A stretch of 64,000 nucleotides of DNA, taken from positions 144 to 64,143 of the forward strand of contig JADGQB010000001.1 of the NCBI GenBank assembly GCA_017882145.1, read 5' to 3'. Below are positions 63,355 to 64,000 of the stretch, piece by piece; position 1 is the stretch's first letter; each line of letters begins with the position of its first letter. The notes beneath the pieces are model-generated. The model was given only the letters and a program-made list of their open reading frames with translations. It was not told the origin of the DNA and did no database searches. The position numbers and the translations under genes are program-made. The stretch comes from Anaerolineales bacterium (GTDB lineage: Bacteria; Chloroflexota; Anaerolineae; Anaerolineales; Villigracilaceae).

Positions 63355-64000
63355 ATGGTCGACGACGGTCGCAACTCCCTTATCCTCAAAGATCTGGAAT
63401 CTGAAGCGCAAGCGCAATCCGCTCTTCAGGGTTTAGGTTTTGAAGACTGGAAAAGCGCCAGAACATCATTTCTACGACTGGAAGGGCGGAATCAGCAAGG
63501 ATTTTCCGCCATTTACCCATATTTGATTACAACTCTTGGTGCAGCAGCCGATCCGGACCGATCTTTGGTCAATTTTGAACGCTTCCTGGAAGGATATGGC
63601 GAGAGTCTTTATTCGGAGCTGTTAGAAAATCCGCGCCTAATCGAGATCCTGGTCACTATCTTCTCTGCCAGTCCTTTTCTAACCGAGATCCTGCTGCGTA
63701 CGCCGGATGCACTTGAGCTTCTGAATAACCGGCAACTCCTGACAGAGCGAAAAACCATCGAGCAGATCCAAGCTGAGGCGATTTCTGTCATCCAGAAGGT
63801 TGAGACTGACAATGATAAGCTGGATTTACTTCGCCGTTACCAGCGCCGCCAACTTCTGCGGATTGGTACGAATGATTTTCTTGGCTTGTACGACCTGAGA
63901 ACGGTCTTCTCCCAATTATCCCGGATGGCGATCGGATTAGTGCGCGCTTGCCTGATCCAGGCTGCACAACAGACCGGTATCTCACCGGGCAGTTTTGTCG
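63355..64000 (+). CDS. glnE: Glutamine synthetase adenylyltransferase/adenylyl-removing enzyme, N-terminal part (runs off the window end)
   Basis: This open frame from ATG 63355 to the window end is not in the ORF track because it has no stop. It reads MVDDGRNSLILKDL...NFERFLEGYGES...SASPFLTEILLRTPDALELL...LLRRYQRRQLLRIGTNDFLGL, typical of the GlnE N-terminus. Confidence 0.8.
   Translation, partial: MVDDGRNSLILKDLESEAQAQSALQGLGFEDWKSARTSFLRLEGRNQQGFSAIYPYLITTLGAAADPDRSLVNFERFLEGYGESLYSELLENPRLIEILVTIFSASPFLTEILLRTPDALELLNNRQLLTERKTIEQIQAEAISVIQKVETDNDKLDLLRRYQRRQLLRIGTNDFLGLYDLRTVFSQLSRMAIGLVRACLIQAAQQTGISPGSFV

Noticed and set aside
1-64000. CRISPR arrays, long direct or inverted repeats, IS elements and rRNA
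   Set aside because: Reading the intergenic regions showed no regularly spaced repeats or terminal inverted repeats. The only repetition noticed is protein-level paralogy among the GAF receptor genes.

Overview
This is a gene-dense 64 kb chromosomal window with about 45 protein genes, 2 tRNAs and 1 decayed pseudogene, mostly on the minus strand. I saw no rRNA, CRISPR array, transposase, integrase or phage genes. All calls come from reading the supplied ORF translations and the DNA by eye, with no searches run. Gene content (fused ADP-forming acetyl-CoA synthetase, TrmFO, type-2 IPP isomerase, very GAF-rich signalling proteins) suggests a Chloroflexota/Anaerolineae-like bacterium, but that is an inference. 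Ordinary housekeeping blocks are hflX, trmFO, sucCD, acpP, rlmN, tRNA-Leu-tig-clpP, and glnA with divergent glnE. There is also an isoprenoid operon: fni, HAD, an unknown gene, a polyprenyl synthase, then tRNA-Gly. The outstanding feature is a roughly 24 kb co-directional minus-strand cluster (about 15063..38916). It starts with two stand-alone CheY-like receivers. Seven paralogous membrane proteins follow, each built as variable sensor, HAMP or coiled coil, GAF, GAF-like module, then a conserved truncated GAF start, with no recognisable output domain. An orphan periplasmic binding protein sits inside that array. The cluster continues with a ParA-like ATPase, a hybrid histidine kinase carrying the same GAF subtype, a threonine-synthase-receiver fusion and an EamA exporter. 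I read this as a candidate chemosensory-array-like system built on GAF modules; that reading is a hypothesis. Other notable items are a decayed pckA remnant, a giant PMT/ArnT-like membrane protein fused to NHL repeats, an orphan DNA-repair-type radical SAM gene next to a duplicated CxxC...CxxH protein, and a trigger factor with a Lys-rich tail.
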